Part shown: positions 12,230 through 25,020 of the stretch, piece by piece
Layout: each line of letters begins with the position of its first letter
Position numbering within the stretch: the first letter of the stretch is position 1
Assembly (NCBI GenBank): GCA_035084275.1
Contig: CM068754.1
Location: 10,044,001-10,108,000, forward strand
Length of the DNA stretch: 64,000 bases
Direction: 5' to 3'
Origin: Hydrolagus colliei
Taxonomy: Eukaryota
The notes under the pieces: generated by a model
What the model saw: only the letters and a program-made list of their open reading frames with translations
Told to the model about the DNA's origin: nothing
The model's database searches: none
Made by a program: the position numbers and the translations under genes

Positions 12230-13368
12230 ATTTATCTTCCTCTGTTATATCTGCCCATTCATAGCTGTTGCTTAATTTCTTACTGTTAAGTGTCATTCAT
12301 CTGCCAGCCTTAATAGGTTTATCTTAGTCAAAGAGTTCTATCTTCTTATTTTTGGTTTCTTACTCATCTTTCCCTTCTAACTATAACTACATAATGGAAA
12401 TGGCATCAGTATTGTCACTAGTTGCATGTACCTCTGAATTCCAATAGCTTATTCCTCCTGCTCCTTGCTTCTGTAAAAAGTAATTAAGCTTATCGTTCAC
12501 TGCCAGTTTCTCCCTATTTCAATGTTTGATTGTGTTTCTTTCTACCCCCAAACAACGTTATTTCCTTCTACTTCATCAAGCCTAAAATTTTCCCTCTTTA
12601 TATTTAGTAGTGTCTTCAAGCCTTCCAAATGCAATCCCAATTATTTTCATGTTTTGTACCGACTGAACGTGCTGAAATTTCCAATTGCCAATCAATATTG
12701 GAGTAATGTTTTTTTTTTTTTGATTGTGCCTTAATTCAGGCAAATTGTTCACTGGAAGCGTTGAACCTATTGGCAGCACCACTGCCTATTAGAAACAGTC
12801 AGGTCTCAGAGGCCTCATTAATCTTCTCACCAAACTGCTGTTCACCTCCTGGATGGGTCTGCTCTTTTTGTATATGTGTGTGTGTGGTAAATCGGCATTG
12901 TCAATAACAGAATTGACCTTTACTGTATTTGTTGCAATACACAAATGATTGTATAAAGTTCCTTTTGAAAATAATCTTTTGGTAAAACATGAGATTGTGC
13001 TGATAATGACCAGATATTGGCAATGGAATTAATTTTGTCCCAATATGTAGTATGCTAGCTACGGAAATTGGGCTACCACTTTAAGACTTTGACTGCTTTT
13101 GATCATCTTTCCCCTCTGCAGCCTAACTTAAAAAAATAAAGCTGTGATGGGAAGATGGCTGTTTTGCATGATCTGTTTTGAGATCAAATGGGCCAAAGGG
13201 CTTTCTTCATTCTTGTGCGTAGCTACAATTTATTTTTGATTTAATTCAAAATATATTTCTCACAGCCAAATAAAACAAAACAGAAAACTTGTACGAGGAA
13301 GAACAAATCTCACTCCTGCTTGTCTACTCACAGTTTTCTTAGTGTGGTACTTAAATTGTTGAAGGAAT

Positions 13369-13754
13369 AACAACTAATAGCAAAATTACACTTGAATAGC
13401 GCCTTTCACATCAGGGGGATGTCTCAAGGCGCTGGACAGTCACTGTTTCAGACCCGAGCTGAGACAGGGTGGGTGGAGGGAAGGAGGGGAATTAGGAGTT
13501 GCCGATGGGTCCATCGAAGAGGAGAGTCTTGAGGTGAGACTTGAAGGAGGCCAGGGAGGGGGCGAGGTGGAGGGATTGCGGGATGGAGTTCCAGAGGTTG
13601 GGGGTAGAGTGACTAAACGCTCGCCAGCCAATGGTGGGGTGAAGAACATTCAGCAGGCCAGAGCGTGCTGAGCGGAAGGCGCAGGCAGGTTGGTAAGGGG
13701 TTAGGAGGTCATGGATGTAGGGTGGGGCGAGGTTGTGGGGGGCTTTAAATGTGG
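13369..13754 (-). mobile_element. L2 LINE 3' fragment
   Basis: TFKAPHNLAPPYIHDLLTPY...RAFSHSTPNLWNSIP...FKSHLKTLLF plus the L2 tail. Confidence 0.92.
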
Positions 13755-14122
13755 AATAAAAGCCCAACCATTGTTAATGAACAGTTTTAAAGAGTCGTTC
13801 AACTCTGATTTTACAGACAGGAAGTTATGTCCAAACCATCAGTATTTCCTCATTGATGTAACCCCTTTGAAATATAAAGACATCACAATCTATGAACCAA
13901 ATACAAGTCAAGATACAAACATTTAAAAGAGCCTCTATGCTCTGGTGATAGAAATAACCCAGCTCTCCACAATTCCATTTTTGCAGTGGTGATAAATGAT
14001 AATTGGAACTTCACAAACACTGCCATTTGATTAACAGGAAATATTTTCAGGCTGAAGTGGACGAAGTGTCAGCAAAAATTGAATGTAATTCATATGGCAA
14101 AGACTTTGTTGGTTAATCATAT

Positions 14123-14246
14123 AACAATAATAATAATCCTTGCATTTGATATAGCACTTTTCATGTCTTCTAGACGTCTCAAAGCACTTCACGGAATATA
14201 CTGTAAAGTGAATTGACTGTATTTGTGGGCGAAATATGTATGGCAT
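14123..14246 (-). mobile_element. SINE 3'-tail fragment
   Basis: Reverse complement of the shared SINE tail. Confidence 0.85.
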
Positions 14247-14305
14247 GCAATGTGTTTAGCATTTCTACTTAATTGTGGAAATCTGTAATTCAAGTAAAAT
14301 AATGC

Positions 14306-14753
14306 TACTGCGCACAATATTTTGGAATATATAATTTTAAAATCAAATAGCTAGCAGTCAGGAAAGTTAAAACAAACTGATATTAAAAGACTGAACTGGT
14401 AACCTGAATTATGAACATGAACATTTCAGACATGGATTTCCAAGCAATTGACTCTTTGATATTGTTCCTATGTTAGTCAATGTTAGAGAACACTTTAATG
14501 ATGCATTTCCCCCTGCTCACCCTTTATATTATACTTTCTGTACAATGCCCAGATATAAATTCATGAAATAGATCTACTGTATTGTTACAGTAAAATAAAT
14601 TGCTAGAACGCATCAGTATTGAGGGTAACATAAGATAAAGGATGATTATTCAGGTAACCAATTCAGTCTTTTAATACAAATTCATTTTAAGTTTCCTGAC
14701 TCCTAGCTATTTGATATAAAAATTATGTGTTCTAAAACATTTAGTGTACAATA
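14306..14753. repeat. Decayed long inverted repeat with ~105 bp arms, MITE-like
   Basis: 14306-14412 aligns to the reverse complement of 14645-14753 (atcaaatagctagSagtcaggaaaSttaaaa...tattaaaagactgaaYtggtWacctgaat), about 80% identical by eye. Confidence 0.8.
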
Positions 14754-15785
14754 CTAGTACACAACTGCAATCAGTGGTGATTCTTTCTATTTTGTGGGTT
14801 CGATTGCTTCTTAGTACAGTATAACCACGGGAGAACATGCAGAATCATTACTGGTTATTGCATCTACACAGTTCTATGGAAATTCTTTAAAATCCCTGCC
14901 CGAGAGATTTGTTTCAATAGAGCAAAATATTTAATTGAACTACCATTCAGTTGCATGTCAAATTAGAATTATTGCTCCAAATTCGAACGCCAGCACAATT
15001 TTCTTTATGTAATTCTGAACTATTTGCCAAAATGGCTCCAGAACAACAGTCTCCAATTCCCTTTAATGGATATAATAACGTAAATCTTGTTTTCTTTGTT
15101 TAATGCTGTCACAGATTGCAGGTTGCTGTGATCGTGAAGCCTTGATCATATAATAACAGGCAGTTCCAAATGGAAATAAATATACTGAACTGTGTATGAC
15201 CATATCTAGATAATTAAATGGGAGGTTGAATTTTTTAAAGTTAGTTATTTTAGGAAGTACATTGCGATTAAAGAAGATTGCAAAATCGTGTGGCTTTAAA
15301 TTACAGTGGAAATTTTCACAATGGAGATGTTTATGTATATCATTCATAACCCACATATGGATAAAGAATGGTGCTTTAATTTCTTTGATTTGATTGGTTT
15401 CAGGTGGTGGTGACCACAGCAGATTTGTGATCGCATTAAAGCAGTGCAGAGCACAGAGAAAAAAGATTGGGGGGTACTAATTGAAACTCTGGACAAGCTT
15501 ACCCATCTCAGAAGGAAAGAGAATAGTTATCATTGATTCAGCGAGACTGAAAGCAAAACAACGAGAGATGATGAGTCATGGAAAGGATGAACACGTCCTT
15601 AGTAATGCCCTGACCACTGCAAGGAACTTTGATAGCAGAGAACTACCGAGAAAGTAGTGAGGGAGAAGAGATTATCGGGTTATGGGAGGTGGCTAGAGTG
15701 AAGAGATTATTAGCGCTCTGAGGTGCTACCCGGCATGGAGGGCGCTATATAAGTGCAAGTTTACAGAATTCTGTAGCTCAGTAGG

Positions 15786-15935
15786 GAATCCTGTAACTCA
15801 GTGGTTAGAGACCTGGGTTTGATTCCCCTGTGGGCAAATCATTGGGCAAGTTTCCTTATTCCATACGCCTGACAATAATCCCATCCAGATTTTTTTTAAA
15901 AATTGGTTACTTCAATCCATGACTGTTTGTGAATT
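15786..15935 (+). mobile_element. tRNA-derived SINE, 5'-half fragment
   Basis: A-box ctcagtgg, degenerate B-box gtttgattcc, then the conserved gggcaagtttccttattcca segment. Confidence 0.75.
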
Positions 15936-15942
15936 GTTAATG

Positions 15943-15984
15943 AATGGATGGGATGGGCCGGATGAGTGGAATGGATGGGATGGA
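15943..15984. repeat. (GGAT)n-like microsatellite
   Basis: atggatgggatggg...atggatgggatgga. Confidence 0.6.
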
Positions 15985-16429
15985 CCACATTTTTATTAAG
16001 ATACAATACTTTGGTCCAGCTTCTGGTGACTCAGGTGGTAAGAAGACTGCCCAGTGCGAAAATGAGTCACAAAGACGAGGGAGTTGTGAGGAGAATGATG
16101 GCAAAGGACAAATCTAGAGATTGGGGTTAATCACTTTGGCAGTGCAGAAAGTATTTTCAAAATGTTCCCCTTCAATTTTCTGAAAGCGTTGACTCATTCA
16201 TGCTGATGTGATTTCATTAGCTCATATCTCCTTCCATTACCTTGGCCAATAAATTGCTTTTCACGTGTCAAACTGAAAAATGTATCTCAGTGCTGTGGGA
16301 AGCATAAAATTATGCCCAACCTTCACAAATGTGCCATATCCTGCAGAACTTGATTGGAGTGAGATTGTTCCCCTCCAAGCTTAAAGGTACTGACAACAGA
16401 AATGACTCTCCCGTTGACACTGCTCACCC

Positions 16430-16583
16430 GATCACTTTCCTCCTTCATCTTGAGGTGATCTCAAGACCCTCCTTTTCAACCTCCTTCCTCCCTTGCCCTC
16501 CACTCTCCCCGATCCAGCACTTTCGGATGTCCTCCCCATGTGAAAGGCACTATACAAATGTAATTTTGTTGTTGTTGTTGTTG
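16430..16583 (+). mobile_element. L2 3'-end fragment
   Basis: ctcaagaccctccttttc...tgaaaggcactatacaaatgtaattttgttgttgttg. Confidence 0.8.
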
Positions 16584-17247
16584 CACCAGCTGAGATCAGT
16601 TAGCTCTAGAGATCAAAGGTGAGACCTCCTAGAATGTACAGCTTATTTTCACCCTGAGCAGGCTTACTGAGTCCAAATCAACCATCAGGCGCCAGATGTG
16701 AACAATCTAATAGGCTGAAAAGGGTTCTTCATCTGAACTTGTCTTGTGAAGATTAAAAATGAAGACCTCACTCTTCTTCAGAACATCAATTCTCATCCTA
16801 AGAAATTCCATAGCCTAAATATTATAACATGAAGTAGAATTGTTTGCATGAAATGTTCTCCTTCGGGTTTTGTTAATTTCGATATTAACTACCACATTTA
16901 CCAAAACCAAACTATCAATAGTGTGCATTTCCACATGAAGCTATAAAGAAAAGCAATTGCTTTCCGTATCAATGAATTAACAATAAGCAGCTTGGAACAA
17001 TTATCAATCAGTTCTTAGTCCAAGAGAGAGCAGGTGCAAAATTTCAACCAATTGCTCAAATTAAACACTTTGCCATAAAGATACTGCAAATCATCAAAAA
17101 AAATTGATGTATCTTCACAATTACAGCTAATCAAGCACGAACCACAGGCAGCAATTGAAACACAGCCCACCAGTGATCACAGTGTATAGGTTTGTAGAAA
17201 GAGAAACAGCCAGTCACAAGAGAAGGTTGAGAATGGATTATTTGGCA

Positions 17248-18840
17248 TAACAACAACAACAACAATTTACATTTATAGAGCGCCTTTCACGTCGTGAGGA
17301 CGTCCCAAGGCGCTGCACAGGAGGCGTGTGACCCGAGCTGGGAGGGGAGTGTTTGGGAAGGGGTGAAACACGAAGGGAAGGTAAAAGAGTTCGGGGTGGA
17401 ACAAAAGGCACGATCGAAGAGGAAAGTCTTCAAACCAGCCTTGAAAGAGGAAAGGGAAGAGACGAAACGGAGGGATTGAGGGATGGCATTCCATAAGGTG
17501 GGAGCGGAGAAACTGAAGGCCCGGCCTCCGATGGTGGGGCGGTCCGGGCGGGGGGCTTGGAGCAGGCCAAGTCCTGTTGAACAGAGGGTCCGGGTGGGCG
17601 TGTAGGGGGAGAGTAGATCGGTTAAGTAGGATGGGGCAAGGCCGTGTAAGGCCTTATAGGTGAGGACGAGGATCTTCAACTCGATCCTCTGGAGGATGGG
17701 GAGCCAGTGGAGACGGGCGAGGGTGGGGGTTATGTGGTCGCGGAGGCGGGTGCGGGATAGTAGACGGGCTGCAGAGTTTTGGATGGCCTGCAGCCTGTGA
17801 ATGGAGGAACTGGGGAGGCCGACTAGGAGAGAATTTCCGTAGTCCAGCCGTGAGGTGATGTAAGCATGCACGAGTGTTTCGGCAGCGCGGGGGGTGAGAT
17901 AATTACGGAGCCTGGCAATGTTGCGCAGGTGGAAATAGGCGGTGCCGGTCAAGGCGCGGATGTGGGGGAGGAAGGAAAGTTTTTGATCGAACATGATGCC
18001 GAGGTTCCTGATTGGCTTTGTGAGGTGGAGAGTGCAACCTTGGATGTTGAGGCTGGCAGCGCCCGATGTGCGGAGGCGCTGGCTTGAGCCAATCAGGAGG
18101 GCCTCGGTCTTATTCACGTTCAATTGCAAAAAGTTGTCCCTCGTCCACGACTCGATGTCGGACAGACATGCTGTCAGAACATCGATGGTCTGGGGGTTGA
18201 GGGATGAGGCAGAAAGGTACAACTGGGTGTCGTCCGCATACATGTGGAAATTTACCCCATGTTTGCGGATGACGTCGCCCAGAGGGAGCGTGTAAAGGGT
18301 GAAAAGGAGGGGACCGAGGACAGAGCCCTGAGGGACGCCGTGAGAAACTGTGCGGGGGTTTGAAGAAAAACCATTGGAAGAAGCAAAATGTAAACGGTGG
18401 GTCAAATAAGAGTGGAACCAGTCAAGGACTGTGCCTTGAAGGTTGAGGTGGGAGGAAAGACGTTGAAGGAGGATGGTGTGATCGACTGTCGAACGCAGCA
18501 GACAGGTCAAGGAGGACGAGGAGGCAGAGGGAGCCCTGGTCACAGGCGGTTAGGATGTCATTTGTGACCTTAACCAGGGCAGTTTCTGTGCTGTGGATAG
18601 GGCGGAAACCTGATTGGAGGGGTTCAAGAAGTGAGTGATTTGAAAGGAAAGAGCGGAGCTGGGAGGCAACCACTCTTTCAAAGACCTTGGATAGAAACGG
18701 GAGGTTGGAGATGGGTCGATAACTTGATGGTTGCGACGCATCAAGGGAGGGTTTCTTCAGGATAGGGGTGATGGTGGCTGTTTTAAGGGAGGTAGGGACG
18801 GTTCCTGAGGAGAGGGAAAGGTTAATGGTGTCAGAAATGT
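17248..18840 (-). mobile_element. Young L2 LINE, 5'-truncated, with a nearly intact reverse transcriptase domain
   Basis: [26 protein letters not shown] and LLDLSAAFD, then one 2-nt deletion near 18488, then [29 protein letters not shown] and LKTFLF, with a (TTG)n tail. CpG-rich, which suggests a recent insertion. Confidence 0.97.
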
Positions 18841-19052
18841 ATTCATCTTAAACATCCATACCAGCATTTTCCAGTCTGAAATTCCACAGTTGTTAGTGAA
18901 AATTCCTTTTTCAATTTAAACTATTAAAAAAATGCTTGTTTAATGTTTCTTGATTCAGTTAAGCAATTGAATTGAATACTGGTTCAAGAATTGAGATGTA
19001 CTCATAGGAAGAAGAAGATTAAAAAAAAGGGAAATCCAGAGAAGAAAAACAG

Positions 19053-20012
19053 TGGGATCATGGAAAATAACACATAACAAGAGCTGGTTGGCTTCATTGA
19101 TTCCCTAGGTCCCAGTGAGCACAATGATCAGTGGATTTGTACAGAATTAATGTGTGTTAGGAAATGAAGTAAAATGAGCAAGGTAAATCAAACATAAATA
19201 CTTTTTTAATTAAAAAATAGATATATATCAATAACTGCTTTTCCAGCTTCTGGAACAATGCAAGCAATAAAATTAATAATCCTTGCATTTGATAAAGCGC
19301 TTTTCACATCTTATCAACGTCTCAAAGCGCTTCACAGAATATACAAATAAAGTGAATTGACTGTATAATTGTGGGCGAAACATGGCAGCCAATTGCACAC
19401 AGCAGTTTCCCACAAATAGTCATGGATTGAAATGCCCACTTTTTTTTATTATTGTGTTTTTTTGGACGGATTATTAGGCGTGTGCAGCAAGGAAGCTTAC
19501 CTAAGTTTTGTCCTGATCTGCCTGGATTCAAACACAGGTCTCACGCTTGTAAGGTGAGTGCTCTAACCATTGATTTACAGGAGCAATATCTGTAGCAATT
19601 TACCTTGTATGGGACCCGATGTTTATAATGGAAAATATCAGCAATGCGGAAAAGCAGATCCTCACCGCAGGTAATGGCTCAGTCAATGAGTCATAAAGGT
19701 CTGATACAAATACTCCAGTATTTTCTTCCCAGTGCTGAATGGGAAATAGAAGGCTGATTTAAAGAAAAATCTGAGTGCTTAAATCATTTTGAGATTCCCT
19801 AAAGCTGAAGCCTTTCTTATTCTATTGCAGATGTCAACTTTAATATACATTAATAGCTACTTTCTCACCAAACAAATTGCTCATTTTATTTAATTTGCCA
19901 ACGCACATTAATTCTCCACAAATCCACTGGTTGCAGTGCCCACTCATGAGACCAAGAGAATAGAATCAATGAAGCCAACTACCTTCTGATATGTGTTATT
20001 TTCCATGTGCCC
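19053..20012. repeat. Decayed long inverted repeat with ~130 bp arms and nested insertions, MITE-like
   Basis: 19053-19182 matches the reverse complement of ~19875-20012 (catggaaaataacacata...gttggcttcattgattc...cagtggatttgt..agaattaatgtg...taaaatgagcaa). Confidence 0.8.
19270..19584 (-). mobile_element. Full-length tRNA-derived SINE with L2-type tail
   Basis: tRNA-like head, conserved gtttccttgctgcacacgcctaataatcc segment and the shared tail ending in (TTA)n. Confidence 0.92.
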
Positions 20013-20049
20013 ACCCACCGAATTTCAGGGAGATGCTTAACTAAATGTT

Positions 20050-20420
20050 GAGCTGTGTGTGGAGTAAGGAAACTTGCCCAATATTTTGCCCTGTTGGGAA
20101 TCAAACAACAACTTGCACTTACATAACACCCTCCACACCAGCTAGGGTCTTAGAGTGCTTAACAGTAGCGGAGCCTGACTCCAAGCTGGTGGGTGGGGGT
20201 GAAGGTGATAGAAGAGGAAAGTCTTCAGGTGGGATTTGGAAAATGGAGAGAGAGGAGGCAAGGCAGAGGCATTGAGGGAAGGGAGCGTGTTCCAGAGTTA
20301 CATGTACTTATGAGGCGAGTGACCAGGTATTTCGCTTGCTGAACAAGAACAACAAAATTACATTTCTAGAAACCTTTCACGTCTGGAGGACATAGCTCCA
20401 ACCATTGAGCTACGGGATTC
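20050..20420 (-). mobile_element. SINE head split by two L2 3'-end insertions
   Basis: SINE pieces at 20050-20107, ~20323-20346 and ~20393-20420 are separated by L2 tails starting at ~20105 and ~20346. Confidence 0.7.
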
Positions 20421-22742
20421 TAGTCTTTGTGAGTATATTCACGGATAACTAGCTGAGGAAGTGTTATGAGATTTGTTTCCTATTGTGAATGTTTCAGTGG
20501 CAGTTCATTATATTATGATGGAAATCTGAGGGTACAATAAACACATAACAGCATCTGTAGATGTAGGTGGTATCTATTGTCATTTAGATTTTCCAGGTGG
20601 TGGAACCATTTTTTTCTATTTAGAATGAAAGCAAAATATATTTTGTGCCAACAGAAGCTATGCCAGTTCCAGGAATGTGAAAATAACATTGCACCTTATT
20701 ATGCATTAAACACAATAAGCTTCATAGTGGGAAGTACAGTGAAAGGACAAGACCTAAAATAAATTAATCCTGGGGAACCTTAATATCTCTGACTGGTCAG
20801 AAATGCTGGAGTTCAGCTGCCCCTGAATCCCCTGGGACATTGCTCCCTTTATTTAAAGCTGTGCAATCATTCAGGAAGACAGTAGTATCTGTCTGAGTGG
20901 CAGCTGAAAATACATCTAATCACTTCAGTGCTGGCACAATGCCCAGAGATGGGATTGGCTGCTTCAGCAACTGACGAGCGTGGGAGGCCATCTGCTTTGA
21001 TTTTTCTCCGAGTCCTGAGGAAAGTGTTTGAAGCAATGACAATGTAGAAAGCGTAACAGTGCAGATAGGATAAATATATACTGCTGTGTTAGTGTTAGGA
21101 AGGCAATGTCTGCATCTCAGCTCCAGGCAATACAAAGTAGTGAATGAGAAAGCCCTTCAAGCATGCTTCTGCCAACACACTACAACAACCAACAAAATTG
21201 CACTTACATAGCACCTTTCACGTCGGGAAGATGTCTCAACGCGCTGAAGCACTATGTATAATTTGTCACAGGTTTTAATCAAATTTCCTGATGCAGATTA
21301 AAACAAAGAAGCAACAATAGTAAAATGTGTGTTGGGGGAGGGGGTGGGCAGTGGGGATAAAGCCCTGTAAAAATTTCTCTCTTAACTCCATGCTTTCAAT
21401 TATATCAGTTTAATATGACAATTCACATTTATTTATCCATGACTGACTGTACTAATGGGATCAACCTTCGTTCCATTGGGTGCTTACTGATTTTGTTGAC
21501 GAAAACATAAAGGCCATGTTTTTTGGAACATCTTCTAAACCTCAGTGGGTTTTGCAAAGCCAATTTGTTTGTGATGTGGTTTGGGCTAGACAGGGATGAA
21601 AACATAATTAACCAGCCTACCAGTACCCACCGTCTGTGAACACACAGCAAACATCATCACGGAATGGTATTCTAGCGTGAGTGGTTACATTTAGGAGAAT
21701 ATGAGTTTTTTTTAAAAGGAGGGAAATTGAGCAGGAACAGGGGAAGGGAAGTATTTGTCACTTATTAAAATGTTCAATTTGCATTATTGTAGCTAAGTCC
21801 ATTGGATATTATAACTCGCTTTATTTATAGATATAGTCAATCATGTGTGATGATGCTAAGATGGTATGTACAATAATTGCTCCGTATTTATCTTTCCAAA
21901 TAGTGTCTAGCACAACACAGTGCAATCGATCATACTGCCAGCTTACCACTCCTCTGTCAGATCATAACATTCTTAAGCAATTTCAAACAAGGTTCCTTTG
22001 TGAATTATCAACTTAAAATGAAATATGTTAAGTATACTATTGTCATTTTCTTGGCAACTATGTAGCCATCGCCAGAGCCAGGACCTCAAATAGCACTCCG
22101 TAATCTCCTATTTAGGGAACTCTTTCCTAGGAATCTCTTGCTGAAAGCCTTTTGGCAGTGAGAGCAAAAGAGGTAAATACCGTGATTTTTTAAATCAATT
22201 TTGTCATCAAACCATTTGATCATACTGGATCTTAAGATTAAATGAGGGAGTATAAACAAAAGATGAGAAAACAGAACAAAGCTGGATGGCGACTTTGGGG
22301 TGTGTTTAGATTGAAGATGAGCAAGGCCGATGGGTAATCTAACCACGAACTGGTGCGTAGAACACCTGACAGCCCTGTAGCATTTCCCTTAATTAGCCAT
22401 AAAATTATCAAATAAAATAGACGTCTGTTGTAAGATTATTGTTGTGCAGTCAATACTAAATGATTTTTGTGCTGGATAAATGGCACCGAGGCTGTTAATG
22501 TAAACCAATTGCTCCCATAGGTGTCGCACAGTGTTCTGTTTGTTAAAGGTTCAATTATTGAAAAGAATCCTAATACTGTATTGTAATAGTAGCATAGAAA
22601 TGGGGCTGCCAATTCTATTGTCGTACAAATAAGGAATGTTAACAAAACCAATGTAATCATCCTTGTTCATCAAACTAAGTTCAAGTTGTTATATGAACTT
22701 AAAGGAGTACTTTCCTTTACTTAGGTTATTTATCCAAACATA

Positions 22743-22978
22743 CAAACAAAATTTGTAGGCTGCCTTTCACATCGGGAGGACGTTCCAAGGCGCTGAACAG
22801 TCAGGGGCCAGGACCTGAGCATGGTGGGGGTTGGTGGCATGGGTGGGTGGAAGGTGGTGGCAGACAAAGTTGGGATGAGGAAGCGCAGAGAGGTAGGAGG
22901 GCAGCTGAAGGCACGGTCAAAAAGGAGGTTTCTTGAGATGGGGCAAGGCAGGGAGCAAGGAGTAGGGATTGTGGGATG
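22743..22978 (-). mobile_element. L2 3' fragment
   Basis: RNLLFDRAFS motif and L2 tail. Confidence 0.85.
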
Positions 22979-23139
22979 AAGCAAAATATAGTCCAATATT
23001 TCTGAACTGCATTTAACCGTATTATTTGTTTTATATATTCTACTAATCTTTTGTATTTTTAGTCCACACCATTACAATAAATTTTCATCTATATAATTAT
23101 AAATTTGCACCTCATCTACACAAATGTTAATTATAATAA

Positions 23140-23420
23140 TGCTTACCTTTGGTACAGTGGCTTTCACATCAGGAGGACATCCCAAGTTCTTCACAGGATT
23201 TACTGTGAAGTGGAGTGACTGTGTGCATACCTATATTTGTGGGTGTAAGCAACAACTAATGTCTACTGGCATCAATGTCAAAAAAAAAACATCGAGTGAA
23301 TTAATTTTTGAGAGATTGTTAACCAGGACACTGGGAAAAACTCCTTTCTCTTTTGGGGATCTTTAACATCTACCTGAATATGAAGACAGACCCTCAGTTT
23401 AACATCTCGTCTGAAGGTGG
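23140..23420 (-). mobile_element. Old DeuSINE relic (Deu domain plus tail)
   Basis: Reverse complement gives cagacgagatgttaaactgagggtctgtc...caggtagatgttaaagatccc...ggagtttttcccagtgtcctgg, matching the recalled Deu-domain consensus. Confidence 0.7.
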
Positions 23421-24379
23421 AGGTTAAACACTTGTAGCTATCAACATGTTAGCACTGCTTAATGGTGTATTTAGTCTACACTCCAAAAAGTTGGAGGAAT
23501 TTGAATGAAGTGACAAGACGTATCCTGGTGGTAGCATAATAGAGTTTGGGGCTAAATTTCAATCCATTCCACTTATTCCACGCATGCAAACCGGGAAAGG
23601 TTATATGAACTTAAACACTCGGAGACGCCGTCCGGCTATGTGCTTTATATGGTGGATAAGTGGGCAGAATGGTTGGTTTGTGTGGCACATCAAAAAGAAT
23701 AAAGCCACTTCATCGCTCCATTGTTAGCAGAAGCAAAAGGATAGGGGAAGAGAAAAAATTCAAATCAATCAATTTTTTGAACAATTGTTCATCAGGATCA
23801 TGTTTGGGGTTTTCAAATGTGTGTTTTATGGAGATGACAGACACACATACATACACAGAGAAATGGAGCATCACATAGCTTAGTGGTCACCACTGTGTGA
23901 CCTGCCTTCTCAGCAATAATGATTGGATTGGGACTCTTAACTAATGCAATAAGAATGTGGTCAAGTTCAAACTGCAAGGAACAAAGTTCATACCAGAGGG
24001 AAAACAAACAAACAGTGCTGAGTAAAAGACACGATAAATTAAAGGCCAGAATTAAAAATAAAAAATAAAAAAATAGAAACAAACTAAACAATCAGGACTG
24101 ACAAAAAACAGATGTTTTTCTAAGATTAAATTATCTTTTCTAATGTTTTGCATGTGCCAACAAAAACATGCCTCATCGGTTTAAAGAAAGGACTTTTTGG
24201 GTGGGGCTTCATTTTATCTTAAATGTTGTGATTAATAATATTTATTTCGAGTAGGAAAGTGCTTTGAGTTAGTAAAAAAAAGTCTGGAAACAAGTTGCAT
24301 GCATAAAAAATACTAGAATGTATATTTCTATCCAATTGTTTCTGAAAATGTTAACAATACTTACATGGTTGACCTATGC

Positions 24380-24720
24380 TCAGCCATAGAAATATTGAAC
24401 TAATTAATACTATGAGCTATACATACCCATTTATCTGGTCTTTTGTGACTTATCCAATTATAATTCTGTTCCAACCCTCTAGGATATATCCCAGAACTGC
24501 CACTCAATCTAGGTTTATAATTAAAAGTCTATACTGTAGTTGCATTATGAAAGATAGTTTGCAAGCAATCCTTGCACAGTGGTTTTACTAATCATTATTC
24601 ATTGCTTCACAGTCACATTGGTCCTCTATGTATTCAGTTTTACAACTCTTTGTGCAAAGATGTTTTCCAGATTTCTCATTTAAAGGCCTACCTCTAATCA
24701 GAACATATCCTCTTGTTTGG
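24380..24720 (-). mobile_element. Highly decayed CR1 3' remnant
   Basis: Weak by-eye similarity to the reverse of a CR1 ORF2 end (acaactctttgtgcaaagatgttttcc...ctctaatc...tcctcttgt). Confidence 0.45.
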
Positions 24721-25020
24721 TGCCGATAATCATTTCATAATTTTAGTGAGGATTTTGTGGTTTTTCAGCTGTTCTATTGCAGTAGATGGAATTCTAGCAT
24801 TTGGTTAAGGGCTGTTCATTTTCATCACTGCTATATGTAGATTCCTCTGATAGGTCTGCTTGACCCCACTTTGTTTCTGATCTTACTCAGAGGCCTGGTG
24901 GATATCAACCCATTAGTGAAGACAGCAGGTCCTATCAAAGATTATTTCCCGTCAACAGGAAAATAATCACTAAATCACACTAGTCAGAGGTGGGCATTGA
25001 GTGGACAAATGGTTCCTAGA

